Shown here piece by piece: positions 27,958-41,229 of a DNA stretch of 64,000 bases; the first letter of the stretch is position 1, and each line of letters starts with the position of its first letter. A program made the position numbers and the translations under genes. This stretch comes from Octopus vulgaris (taxonomy: Eukaryota), in NCBI GenBank assembly GCA_951406725.2, contig OX597814.1, positions 132,680,001 through 132,744,000 of the forward strand, in the 5' to 3' direction. The notes below the pieces were generated by a model. The model saw nothing but the letters and a program-made list of their open reading frames with translations, made no database searches and was not told where the DNA came from.

Positions 27958-28065
27958 CAACATTGAAACATTTTAATTTAACAACATTGAAACATTTTAA
28001 TTTAACAACATTGAAACATTTCAGTTTGTCAACATTGAAACATTTTGATTTGTCCACAATGAAAT
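27958..28065. repeat. 24-bp minisatellite, ~4.5 copies
   Basis: Unit caacattgaaacattttaatttaa with variants. Confidence 0.9.
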
Positions 28066-28253
28066 TTATAACGATGTTTTTCAAATTTTACACTTTTACC
28101 ATTGATAAACAAAAAATATTGTTGAAACTAGTTTGTATATATGTAAATAAATGTATTTTAAACATTTACGAGTTTTTGAAATTTAAGTGCAAATTCAACA
28201 ACACATTTTCCTATATATTTTTTCCTGCGTGGAAACACCACTCCCTCTTTTGC

Positions 28254-28333
<80 letters not shown>

Positions 28334-28589
28334 TGTATATATACATATATATGTTTAATTATGAGTTAGAGGTTATGCAACCGTCTAAGGGATGGGATAC
28401 ATGTATCCGTAGGCACTACTGGTGTATTACCTAACTATCTATAGGCCATGCTATAAGGTTAAAAGTAGTTGGTAATTTAAATGGCGAACTGTGGTTTAAT
28501 ATATTCAGATAAGAAAAGAAATGGAGCAACAATTAACAATTAGAAGTCGATCATTGATATTAAATGGCCATAGTTTATAGTTAAAATAA

Positions 28590-28669
28590 CATTTACAGCT
28601 GTTTCAGTTTGTTATTTCTGAGGTAAATTTGCATTTATCTCGTTCCATGTAAGAAGCATCGTCAGAATG
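28590..28669 (-). ncRNA. Degenerate type I hammerhead-like motif (PLE type)
   Basis: Minus strand catt-CTGACGA...GAAAC-agct-GTA-aatg; stems I and III pair, stem II does not. Confidence 0.4.
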
Positions 28670-30287
28670 ATTTGGAGTTTGTCAGAGGAATATTGTCAGA
28701 AGGAAAAAGGAAAAGAACAAGGAAACAAGAAACAAAGGAAAACAATTTAAGTCTTTAGGGTTACATTTTTGTGTCCTTTAAAGTTTGCACGTGTGTGTAC
28801 ATTACTTCAAGTAGATGAATGGCGCAGTAAGTGAGGAAATTGACTAGTTGACCGGCGGTGTTAGTCGAAAGAGTTATACGTGATAGTAATATCCGGTGCC
28901 ATTAATCGTAATAAATAACGCTATTTAAGTCTGTTACATAAGTCCCTATGATTACAAATAATGCCTTTGTTAAAAATTAAGGATGCTCTTAAAATTTTAA
29001 GTGCAAAACCTGGCTTACGTAAAAAGGTATAACAAATACAAATATATATATATGAGAAAGAGAGAGAGAGGCAGAAATAAATGAATAGATCTATAAATAT
29101 ACATATATATTAACACACACACACACACGCACATACACACACATACACACACATGCATGTGTATGAATATGTAATATGGTGATGATAACTGCTATCCATA
29201 GGGTCCCTAGGTTTGCAGATAGGAGAACTGTCTATAGATGTACATGTTAATTGCAAATACTCAATAAGCTGTACCGGACAAAAGTCAAGGTTTCACTTTG
29301 GCAAGGCATAGCACCCGTTAGCCACCCTGTCAGAGTCGCGGTGGAGTTCTTAAGCACTGAAAAGAGCCGAAATGCCACCATCGTTGGAAAGCAGGATAGC
29401 ACTAGGGAATGAAATGAAAGACTTAAAAAAATATTTTGCATTTGTATTTTCCCCACTTCGCTGAACATATTACAATTTTATTTATCTTGGTCTGGGAAAG
29501 CCGTCAATTTGATTGGCACTGCCATTGTCTATTGGACCTACGATCGTAGACGAGAAATTTGCAATCGAAAGGCATCCTACTATGGAGCAAGCTCGACCAG
29601 ATGATGGTAATGGTATATACATACTCAGATACATATACACACTCACACACACATACACGGACATACATAAAAAATATACATGCATGCATATATGTATGTG
29701 TATGTGTGTGTATGTCTGTGTGTGTGCGCGCGTGTACGTTAGTACATACGAGTGAATCACAGACATGAACTGTTTCTATGTCAGATATATGTGGCATATA
29801 TTTCTATTGGATAGAATGCGTTCTTTTGAATGGATATATTTGTAAACTTCTTATGAATAAATGTACGAAGTGTACGAAACATTCCTGAATGTCTTTCCGT
29901 CTCTCATTCTCTATGCACACAAACACACAGAATGGATCTAAGGTAAGTCCCGCTCCAAAGGCTTAAAAAGCTGGTTTCTCGGATTCCATAACATACATAT
30001 TCCACCAACCCTGGACAGGATGCTGTCCGTCGCAAAATAAACTCATTTTCGCAAGCATATTAGACGTGAAATGAGGTGTTATCCTCAAGAAGAGAACGCA
30101 TCGGGGACTGAAATTGTAATCTTACAATCATGAGTGCAGCCTCCCTAACTACACACACGCACACTCACACGCAAACATACACACACACGCACGCACATTT
30201 ACATTAAGAGCTAGAAAGAAAGAAAAAGAAAAGAAGGAAGAAAGATTAAAGGAGATGGAGGAATAAAGAGAACATTTTACAAATATA

Positions 30288-30345
<58 letters not shown>

Positions 30346-30415
30346 CACACACACACATATATATATATATATACACATATATTTATTTGTAAAATGTTCT
30401 CTTTATTCCTCCCTG

Positions 30416-30447
<32 letters not shown>

Positions 30448-31920
30448 CGTGTGTGTGTGTTAGTGTGTGTGGTTTTGTGTTTAGAGAAGACTCTTTGGAA
30501 CGGAATATATTTTCAAAATGATACTACAAGCACGTTTCTTGGTCAGTTCTGACATTCTTCTTGAGTGCATTTCCAGTCATCCTCGTTCAGTTCTTTTTTC
30601 TTCTACTTTCTTACCTTATTAGTTTTGTCTATGGATTAGTATACTTTCTTTGAGTTTCGGACTGAAATCATGCAGATCCACTTCAGTTGAGAACTATAAA
30701 ATTGTGTCACATTTATCAAGTGTAATTTTCAGTATTCTAAAGCACGTACTCGAGATAACATCTAGCACTATAGTGGGGAATAAATTTCATCGAGCAATAC
30801 CAAGAAATACTTACACTAGTTGGATTCAATCTCTTTTTAACTGAGTGCTGTCTTGTCTGACGGCATAGAGCACCTACCTGTTCTAGTAGTGCGTTTTGTT
30901 CTTATTTGATACTCGATTCGATTCACGATTAGAATTTATTTACATGCTTTTATAGATTTTCTAATAATTTACACTTGGCATAAATTATTTACCACTAACG
31001 TAAATTTCCCTAATGATTCTTCAAATCTGTTGGTTTAAGTCGAAAATACATCCACCACTTTTGTTTCTAAGTTTGAATATTCCGCTGAGTTAGTATTGTT
31101 CCTAAATTAATTTATTAGATATCTATTATATTAAGTACCAGCAGTATTTAATTGTCTAAACCAAATCTCTATAGCAAAGCACTTTTATTTAATTACAGTA
31201 GTTAAACTGCTTGAGGCAGTAGCACTTTTAACTAAATATATTACAGAATGAAATTCCTTGGTTTCCGATTAGAGTTCAAATTGAGAAATAAAATTCTTTG
31301 ATTTCCGATTAGAATTCAAGTTGCTCATTGAACTAGATAAACAAACTACAGATATACAGCAGTCCAGATTGCTTCTTCATAATACGGGACAAAAATTATT
31401 ACAAAATTAGATTAGAGATGAAAAAAACTTATTTTATCCTATATTTTAGTAATGTAAAAGAAAGCTCATTTCTTTTAATTATGAGATAATCCTGATACTT
31501 TTAGATCTAAAAGACAATGTTCTGTTACAGAGCACCAGATATGTAAAAGCTTGAATTAAGGCCATAACGATTAAAGCTATCAGCAGAAAATGTTTATCAG
31601 CTGAATTTGTAGTTAGTTTGAAGTATAATGCATCTACCATTTTTTTTATAGGTTATATTTAGTGATTGACATTCAGAATATTCAATCTAGATTTAGAAGT
31701 AAGAGAAAAAATATCTATAACTTCAAGCATATTATTTGAAAGTATTTTGATTCAAATATATCGATAATATTAAAACTGAAATAGTAGGAGCTTAGGACAA
31801 AGAGCCATCTCGTAGATGCATAAAATGAAAATAAACGGATATACAAGCAGTTGCACAACATGCATTTCATCTGATTGCCAGATGAAAGAATTTTAACAAA
31901 GCCAGTCAGAGATACAGATT

Positions 31921-32016
<96 letters not shown>

Positions 32017-32474
32017 TATTGGCTGATACATATATGCATACATATTAGTAGCTGAAGAATAAAGATAAGGAATCAGGGGACGAGAAAAAGAGATAAAACT
32101 ATATAGAAGGAAGAGTGCAAAATAGAAAAATAGCTTGAAGACTGAAAAGAAATAATTGAGAAAGATGAAGAGAAAGTGAAAGAAAGCCGTACTTTAGATA
32201 ATAATAAAGTTTTATGATGCACGGAATAGTTTCAACTGATAACATTTTAGCATTTTTTAGCATTCAAAAATATTCGGTGCAGTATTCATTTAAAAGATAT
32301 TCATCGCTTCCTTTGGATTTTATTTCAATCCCATTTTAAATTTTTGTATAATTTATTAATTTAGAATAGAATTTTTTTTTTATGTTCAAGCAAATATTTC
32401 AGTATTTCATCGAACACAAGTATTGTTGAGGTAGAAACAATTAAAGCTATGCCTAGTACATTTAATAACATTAC

Positions 32475-32505
32475 CCAATCTCCAAAATATTCATACGTAT
32501 GTAGT
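32475..32505 (-). other. Candidate 31-nt exon
   Basis: Branch-point-like gctaac plus ttctttctctgcag acceptor, donor TGG|gtaatg; reads LHTYEYFGDW (phase 2-0) or DYIRMNILEIG. Confidence 0.35.
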
Positions 32506-33456
32506 CTGCAGAGAAAGAAGTTAGCAAATTTCAGCCATTCAGCTGTAACCACCCTGTGGCATGTGCATACGTGAAATATTACTGTCTCACAATAGCGAGA
32601 AACAGTTCTCTCGCTTTTTCTCGTCCTCCTGAAAATGGAGTTAGCTACATTTATAAATATATGAATATATCATGTGTTTTCGCATGTACAATGATGAAAA
32701 TATGTATTACTCGTATAACAACAGAAAAGACGAACGTATGACGAATTTTTTGAAGATCTTTCAGTAAGCAATTAAACTTAGATGAGTAGATAAATTCAAA
32801 TGCGTTTAAGAATAATTTTGCATATATGTTTCCATACTGGAACCCTATTACAACAAGTTTGAATAACCCTAGATATTCCTAGCTATTCTGGTATCAATTC
32901 AGTAGTTAGAATTGTTGTATCATGTCCAGGTTTTCTGCCATCATATTCTAGCTATCTCGTGTATACAGTAAAGTCAATACATACTCTTTGTTTATTTCTT
33001 TCCATATAATCGGGCGAATATAACCCTGGTAGCCTCTAATTACTTCCTTCAGATTTTCTATGGTTATTCAGAATACCAGCAAATGCAAGTGCCTGTTACT
33101 CAACCAAACGACTTTTCTTTTGTATGTGGACAATGAACAAGCATACAAAAGCGATGAATCATAACGGATGCATCAAGGGTGAAACTTGGTTGTAAGGGAG
33201 GTGACCAACATAGGGATTAAACAGCTCATATTTGCATTGCGCACTAGAACGCAATGTTAACAACTTGGTAAGATGTTAAAAAAAAAATGACAATTGTACT
33301 TTTCTGTTTCTATGATTTGGCACATAGATGTCTATGTCAATTGTATCTTTTGCGTGAAATATCTAGTTTTAGACCGAACAATAAATGATTAAAAGAACAA
33401 TTAAACAAACAACAAATGAACATTAATACTAATACCACACAAGGAAATAAACTCAC

Positions 33457-33507
33457 CTATAATTACAACAACAACGATTATAGGCATAGTTTTGCTGAAG
33501 ATTCAGC
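33457..33507 (-). other. Candidate 51-nt exon
   Basis: Acceptor ttcctgtttccatatcacag, donor TAG|gtgagt; reads LNLQQNYAYNRCCCNY (phase 2-2) or contains ATG-MPIIVVVVII. Confidence 0.35.
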
Positions 33508-34048
33508 CTGTGATATGGAAACAGGAATTTACATATGATTTCCAGATGCAGATGGCTCCTCAAATATGCAAGCTGACAAAACAAAAGACAGAGTTGCGTC
33601 GTTTCTGACTTCGTGAATAGAAGCTTCTTTAGTGAAACACCTTAGTGAGTATCATTTTTACTGACCGGAGAGAAACAGTGGTCTATGTCATACCATTGAT
33701 ATTAGTGATAACTAAGGACTGATGCTTGAGATTGGCAGTGACTATGAACCCAAGGAGTAAATAAATATCACTGAATCAATCAAGGTGAGTTTTAAAGCTA
33801 TCTACCTACATATACTTTATAAGGATCCTTTAATCACTGTATAAAATGCCATTGCTCAATGTATGAACTTGACAGATACCAATATATGTCTCTTTCCATT
33901 TCATAGACATAATGAAAATAAACCACAATAGTAATGGTTAAGGTAATACTATCCCGACTCTATTAGAAAAATATTGACTAGTGATATGCAGTCTCTGACA
34001 ATTTAATAATTTAAACATCCTATAAGATTTTCTTCTTATATGACGGAC

Positions 34049-34069
34049 ATAATAATAATAATAATAATG

Positions 34070-34166
<97 letters not shown>

Positions 34167-34213
34167 TGATGATGATGATGATGATGACGACGACGACGAC
34201 GATGATGATGATG

Positions 34214-34277
<64 letters not shown>

Positions 34278-34290
34278 TGATAATAATAAT
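34049..34290. repeat. (AAT)n microsatellite with (GAT/GAC)n interruption
   Basis: Direct reading. Confidence 0.95.
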
Positions 34291-35336
34291 AAATATCTAC
34301 TTCAGAAGGAAGGAAAACTGATACAAATAGCGGCAAAACACGAGCAAAACAAAAAACTGTTCTCAGTATTTAAGGAAGCTGACAAATACAAACAAGAAAT
34401 CATACCACCTAACAAAAGCTATTAAACAAATGAAAACCAAACTAAAAATAGAACAGCAACGAACCATGATAAAACGATGGCAAGAAAAGCTCCTTCATGG
34501 CAAATACTGGACTAAATTAAATGCAAAAGAAATAGACAAAGAAAAATCCCAGCAATGGTTGAGAAGCTCAGGACTCAAAGCAGAGACAGAGAGATTTTTA
34601 ATTGCAGCACAAGACCAAAGCCTCCCCACCAGAAATTACCAAAAACATATAATGAAAAGTAATATAACAAGTAACTGCAGAATATGTGGAGATGGACAAG
34701 AAACAATAAATCATATTATCTCTGGATGCCCAGTCCTGGCTAAGAAGGAATATATTCACAGACACGACAGAGTTGGGATCTACATACACTGGAAGCTATG
34801 CCAACATTATGGAATAACAACAACAAAAAAGATGGTATAGGCACACACCAGAAAAGGTCACAGAAAACGAGAAAGCAACCATACTCTGGGATATACCAAT
34901 ACACACAGATAGAGAAATTAAGGTCAACAGACCAGATATAGTTGTCAGAGATCATGAAGAAAAAAAAAACTTTCTAATTGATGTATCAATACCAGTAAAT
35001 GACAGCGTGTCTCTAAAAGAAATGGAGAAACTTTCAGAATACAAAGACCTGGAAATAGAGGTAACCAGAATGTGGAATCTAAAAACAGAAACAATTCCTA
35101 TCATAATAGGTGCATTAGGCATGATAAAAAAATATTCAGACAAATACATAACAAAAACACCAGGACTTACAAACACATATAACATACAGAAAATTGTACT
35201 ACTAGGCACTGCACTTCCTACGCATAACAATTTCCATACAGTAACCATCAGAGCATCACAACAAATCGCAGCACATACCCAAGGCACACAGAGCTGCGCT
35301 CGGTAGTGAAGTGAAAGCACGCTATAAAAAATATTA

Positions 35337-35340
<4 letters not shown>
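34291..35340 (+). mobile_element. R4/Dong-like (RLE-type) non-LTR retrotransposon, 5'-truncated 3' end in (AAT)n
   Basis: LIAAQDQSLPTRNY, CRICGDGQETINHIISGCP (CCHC), RHD, RPDIVV..FLIDVSIP, PIIIGALG; frameshifts; AAT tracts on both sides. Confidence 0.9.
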
Positions 35341-35400
<60 letters not shown>

Positions 35401-35681
35401 GCATGGAGTAGTTGAAACAGGGACAACTGAAGAAGGGGAATATTCTTTATATTGTATGTCTCGTTTCTCTGTTTTTTTTATCGTTGTTCGAAAAAAAATG
35501 TTCGTTTCCATGTTTTTGTTTTTATTTTTTCGTTTCTCATTGTGTTCAACGTTTTTTTTGTTGGTGTCCTGTACCCATATATGCATGTATATATACATAT
35601 ATATGTAGGTATGTACTTATATGTATGTATATAAGCATATATTTATATATTATTTATATTATATATTATATATATTATGTT

Positions 35682-35714
<33 letters not shown>

Positions 35715-35716
<2 letters not shown>

Positions 35717-36010
35717 AGGCGCAATGGCCCAGTAGTTAGGGCAGAGGACTCACGGTCGTAAGATCGCGGTTTCGATTCCCAGACTGGGCGTTGTGAGTGT
35801 TTATTGAGTGAAAACACCTAAAGCTCCACGAGGCTCCGGCAGGGGGTGGTAGCGACCCCTGCTGTACTCTTTCGCCACAATTCTATCTCACTCTTTCTTC
35901 TGTTGGCCTGCTCGCTTAGCCAGCGGGGTGGCGTCATTTGAAGGCTAAAACAATGTGAAGTGCATTGTGACTAGCGAGGTGTAGCAACATCTGATAGCCT
36001 GGTCTGTCAC
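35715..36010 (+). mobile_element. tRNA-derived SINE, family B
   Basis: Head ggaggcgcaatggcccagtagttaggg...ggtttcgattccc with A/B-box-like motifs; second head-only copy at 46534-46584. Confidence 0.85.
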
Positions 36011-36784
36011 AATATATATGTGCGTGCGTGTGTGTGTGTGTGTGTGTGTTTGTGTGTGTACGTGAATATATCTAAATGAAAATAAATCAGTGTTTCTAGC
36101 CTGGACGTAGGGGCATGCTGTATTTCTAGTAGGTCGGTATAGGATATAGGAGACAAATAAACTGCTAACTGAGTTATATCATAGTCATTTGTATTTCCCG
36201 TACATCATAGACACATACATTAAAAAAGACATACATCTGTGTGTATGTGCATATTACGGGCAGCGTATATATTTATGCACATACTTATGCATATACATCT
36301 TTGCTTGTATGTACGCATAATTATATTACTGATACAGCTCAGGGAACATGCTTACGCTGAATGCATTCGATTGCCACAGTTATGTATGATGTAGGTGACG
36401 TGTAAATAAATAATATACAAGTAACTCCTGTAGTCGTTCTCTGGATACTGCTTGCCTGCACTTACCTATAATCTGTATGTTTGTGTGCGTGTGTGTGCGC
36501 GTGTGTATATGTATACATATTTTTTACTGGGATATCTGTTTTTCTTTATAAATCATTCTTCAGTCTCTCTTCTCTCCTCTCTACCAGTTTGATTCCTTCA
36601 GTCCATTCTCTTTCTTTGTCTTAATCTCCTCCCTATGAAAGTACAGTAGTACTAAAGGAATAAGAAAAATTCTTAAAATTTATTGGTCACTAACTCTGTA
36701 CATCTATTTCGTCCAAAGTCCTGTCCTGCTCCGCGTGACTTATCGAATACGTATTTTACATACATGCATACATAAATACATGCA

Positions 36785-36816
<32 letters not shown>

Positions 36817-37405
36817 ATACATATATACATACATACATATGTACATTCGTTTCGAGTTATTCAGCCATATCCTTAGTATTATCCGTACATGTTCGTTCGC
36901 TCATTTACGCTAACTGTTGTCCGACAGAGAGCTCTTTCTATTTATAGACAATCCGAGATTCCATAATCAATAATCGACTACAGAGGCTATCTATAAGTGC
37001 TTCGAATAGATTGGAGATCATAGCGCGCAAATATTACCATTCAGCTTCATCTACTCATTTCTGTCACCTCTTCTCTCTGTTTCTGTCTCTCTCTCTCTCT
37101 CTCTTCGTTTTCCTTTCTTTGTTTTCCTCTCTGTCTTTATCTTTTCCTGTCTGCAAGTCCCACCGCTATTCTATGTCTAACTGCTTACATACATTCGTAT
37201 GAAACGGCATTTACTATTCCTAGTTTCAATGATAATTTCACACCCCGAGGTTTTACAAAATACATCTATTTTTATACTTGAATCTAGTTTCATCTCACTA
37301 TCTCTTTCTCCTCACTCAACAAATACCTGCCTGTTTGTTAGCTTTTCTCTCGCTCTCCCAACCACACATTTAATTTGTGTTCTCTTCTCTCTATTTCTCT
37401 CCGCC

Positions 37406-37463
<58 letters not shown>

Positions 37464-37741
37464 CCCATATTTGATTTTCCAAAAGAGAAAGATAAGAAAG
37501 GGAGAGATATAAGTATTTAAAGTATGTTGCATAGATATTGGACATATTCATAGACATTAATTCACACATCCATACACTTTTACATCCAGCGACACGTACG
37601 TGGGTATGCATGTGTGTATGTATGTGTGTATGCACGCATGTATGTATATAAGTATGTATATATGTATGTATGCATGTATTCATGTATATACTCTTTACTC
37701 TTTTACTTATTTCAGTCATTTGGCTACGGCCATGTTGGAGC

Positions 37742-37799
<58 letters not shown>

Positions 37800-37919
37800 A
37801 TACATATATATATGGATAGATAGATAGATATGTGTGTATAGTTAGATAGATAGATATATATGCACACACACACATATATATACTTATACATACACAGACA
37901 GACACACACATACGCATTA

Positions 37920-38625
37920 TTTGAAGTGTGTGCGACTTCTGGGTAAGACCATAAGCTGAACGCGGCTGTAGGGCTCTGGTTCAGGAGCGCCAGTGTTTCG
38001 AGGAATATGAAATCGCCTCGTAATCGCTATTGTTTCGAAGGTGACCTGTAATGGTGATCCCAAAACTAAGGTGAACGTGCGTGTGTATGTGAGAACATGT
38101 ATGTGCGTGTGGAAGGGGGCGGGTAACCGTGACATGTGCGTGTGTGCATGTGTAGGTGTGTGGATGATGGTGTAGATGCTGGGAAGTGGTCAGTGCTAGT
38201 GTGTGTGGGTGTGGTTTGGTGTGGTGGTTTTTGGGTGTCGGGGAGGTGAGAATGGAGGAAGCAAGGGTAGGGTCTAAGGAATGCGGTGGGGTTGGATATA
38301 TAAGGATGGGTGGGAGAAGGTGGGTAGGAGCGAAGAGAGGAAGTAAGTGCCAGAGCAAGGGAGGAGAGGTGGGTGGGAGGAAGTAGGTGTGAGAGGAAGA
38401 GAGGAGAAAGGAGAGGGGAGGAGAGTTGAGGCCATATGGCGCAAAGAAGCGAAGAGAGAAGATTAATCGTTGCTCACGTCGAAGACAGGACTCCGGATGG
38501 CCTCTGTGCAAGGACAATCCGAACATAGACAGGTGTTATAAAGAGTGACCGGTAGAGCGGAAATGGCGCAAGATCGGGGTGTCGTTGCCGGTCTGATGTC
38601 TCGGAGGTGTTCCTGTTTGACCGAT
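37920..38625 (-). mobile_element. Penelope-like element 3' end (GIY-YIG C-terminus plus UTR)
   Basis: [62 protein letters not shown] across shifted frames. Confidence 0.8.
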
Positions 38626-38628
38626 ATA

Positions 38629-38690
<62 letters not shown>

Positions 38691-39019
38691 CATATATATA
38701 CGTATACGTATATATGCACATGTATATGTATATGCATATATACAGACGTATGTATATATCTATATCTATCTAGATATATTTGTAAAAAAGCTAAAAAAAT
38801 ATTTAAAAAAGAAATAAATTTCAGAAATAAAAAAAATATATAACTTTTAGTAAATATGAAAATAAATAAGTAAATGAATGGAAATTCATCTGCTGAGTGT
38901 GTTAATAAGGCATTAAAAAAGAAAAATATGTGTATATATATATGCACGCTGATGCACTCACATGCGCAGAAACAAACAAACAAAATGAATACAGCTCCGA
39001 TAACGGACAGAGCCAACAT

Positions 39020-39270
39020 CTACTGAAGAGATAGCAAGAAGCAGCGAAAACTGTGTGACATACTGAAAAGTCCTGTCACCCAGATATAGGGCCTTCCAGC
39101 AGTCACCTTCTTGAGCCAGAGCAGCACTGCTTCCTCCAGGCACTTGATGTAGGCCTCTGAGTTGAGTCTCAGGCTGTGTGGGAAGAGAGGAGGCATAACC
39201 TTGCCATCACTAGAGATCACTCCAAACACCTTGATGTCGACTGGATGTTTGATTTTTATTACTCTCGTTA
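39020..39270 (-). mobile_element. Tc1/mariner (maT/DD37D-like) transposase fragment
   Basis: VFGVISSDGKVMPP..LRLNSEAYIKCLEEAVLLWLKKVTAGRPYIW. Confidence 0.65.
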
Positions 39271-39539
39271 TATGTCCTTAGATTGCACTATCATCACATT
39301 GGCACACAAACACTTGAAATGTTCGTATTGGATCTTGCGGCATAAATGCCAAGCAGTGCAGCATGTCGTTTCCAAATATTTGGCAGAGTTGTGTCATAGT
39401 GCTGTTTTTCTCACAGACGTTGCCCAACTGACCCTACTATACTGTGTAGTCGACTCGTATACTTTTACTTGTTTTGAATATTGGACTGCGGCTACGCTAG
39501 GGCACTGCCTTGAAGGTTTTCTTCGAAAGGTTCGAATCC

Positions 39540-39970
39540 CGTACTTGCCAAAAAAAAATGCAAAGTGTATCTGTTGTCAATTTGTGTGGAAAACTGCAAT
39601 CAAAAGCGTATCTATTTTAATTACATGGTCATCAAAACAATATCCCATTGTCTCCTTACAAAAGTTCATAAGAAGAGAAAAGAAACAGAAAAAACAGCGG
39701 ACAAAGTTGAATAGGAAAGTATCGAAAACCTTATCCTCAAGTTCTGGATGGTTTGACAGGTTTAGAAATCAATATGCGAGAAACCACATGGATAGAATGC
39801 TGAGGAAAGCACAAATACGGATTATGCTGCAGCAGGCTGGCATCTGATTAAATTAATTAAGAAAACACATTGCAATTGATTGTTTTGTTTATGACGAAAT
39901 TATAAATTTTAGCGATATGCCAAATAATCTTTCTGTCAAAGAAAGAATTGCAGCTTCGGTTCAAAATGAT
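39540..39970 (+). mobile_element. Highly degenerate pogo/Tigger (CENP-B-like) transposase remnant
   Basis: SSGWFDRFRNQY motif, then a decayed DET-like region. Confidence 0.45.
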
Positions 39971-40177
39971 ACATAATTTTCTAACATTATTTAAACTAAA
40001 CCCAGTTTTAGACTATCTGGCATGTATTAGACTATCTGGTATGTTTTTAAACCTTTCAGCGAGTATGCCATACTAGTTTATTAGAGATGCTATAGGGAAG
40101 CCCTGGATGTAAAATTTGTTTTAGATCAGTTAAATAATTGTTGCTGTTTCAAGACCGGACTATTTGAAAAGTTTACA

Positions 40178-41229
40178 CACACATGACAGAAGTCAATAGA
40201 CACCCACTGAAACATCGTCTTATGTTTATTTTAACTTGTAATTCATTACTAACTGATATATTTATGTTTCAGATCCTATATGGGACTGTTTAATCATGCC
40301 GTGAACAAAAGAAGCCTTGGAACTGTCTGAATATCAAAGAAACAGTATTGTGAGTCATTCTGAAGGCGGACATAGTCAGAGTAAACTCGCAGAAAACCTT
40401 GGGATCCCGCTTTCTATAGTTAATAGACAGATTGTGTAATTCACCAGTGAAGGGAAGGAGTCCACAGCACCTTGCCCAGATCAACCAGGGCCCTCCAACA
40501 GGACCCTTCTCTTTGTTAAGAGAAGTGTGGAGGATAACTCTTGTTGCAAGGCCTCTGACATAGCAGAACAAGTTGATGTCAGTCCCAGAAAAACTGTCAG
40601 CTATCTCCACAAACTTGGTTACTCTAGCAGAGCAGCAAGAAAGAAGCCACTTCTTCGACCAGCGAACATCAGGCGAAGAAATGTGAGATGATGGAGAGGC
40701 TACTAGCATTTTCGGAAACTCATATTAATGGTCTGGGGGACAATTTAGAGCAATGGCTGATCAGAGCTGGTGGAGTGTGAGGGAAACATAAACTCACATA
40801 AATATGTGTCCATATTGCAGAAAGGACTCCATTTAATTTTGTCCAGTGGTGAAATGATTAAAGAAGACTCTTTATTTACAGATGAGACTCCTTGTTGGAT
40901 GAGAATGGCATTAAAAAGATTCCATGGCCAAGGCAGTCATCAGGTATGAACCCTATTGAACACGTAAAAAGAACAAGAAAACATTTCCAAAGCCAGATCT
41001 TTTGAGATTACAGCATGAAACATGAAACTTGGCTAGAAATTCCGCAAGAGTATATTTGTCATCTGATCAGTAACATGCCTTCTTGAGTCCTTGCATTGAA
41101 AAATGCAAAAGGCACGTCTACTACAAATGAAATATTCACATTAAAACCATAAATAATTTGAATGTATAATTTCTGATTTAAAGAAATTTTGATGATTATA
41201 AGGGTGTCTGTTTACTTTTGTCATACCTG
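40178..41229 (+). mobile_element. Decayed Tc1-like transposon with TIRs
   Basis: Imperfect TIRs (atgacagaagtcaatagacaccc / gggtgtctgtttacttttgtcat); [50 protein letters not shown]; many stops and deletions. Confidence 0.85.

Noticed and set aside
27958-28065. CRISPR-like regular repeats
   Set aside because: Head-to-tail 24-bp minisatellite with no unique spacers, in eukaryotic context with no cas genes.
33545-33784. Plus-strand exon ending in AAG|gtgagt
   Set aside because: Stops in all frames near the donor; at most non-coding, with no support.
35715-35790. tRNA gene
   Set aside because: The tRNA-like sequence continues into a SINE body; no complete acceptor stem or oligo-T terminator. 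Same for heads at 5769, 44693, 46534 and 49192.
39176-39847. 223-aa ORF as a host gene
   Set aside because: Chance fusion of antisense maT-like sequence, a SINE tail and a Tigger-like remnant.
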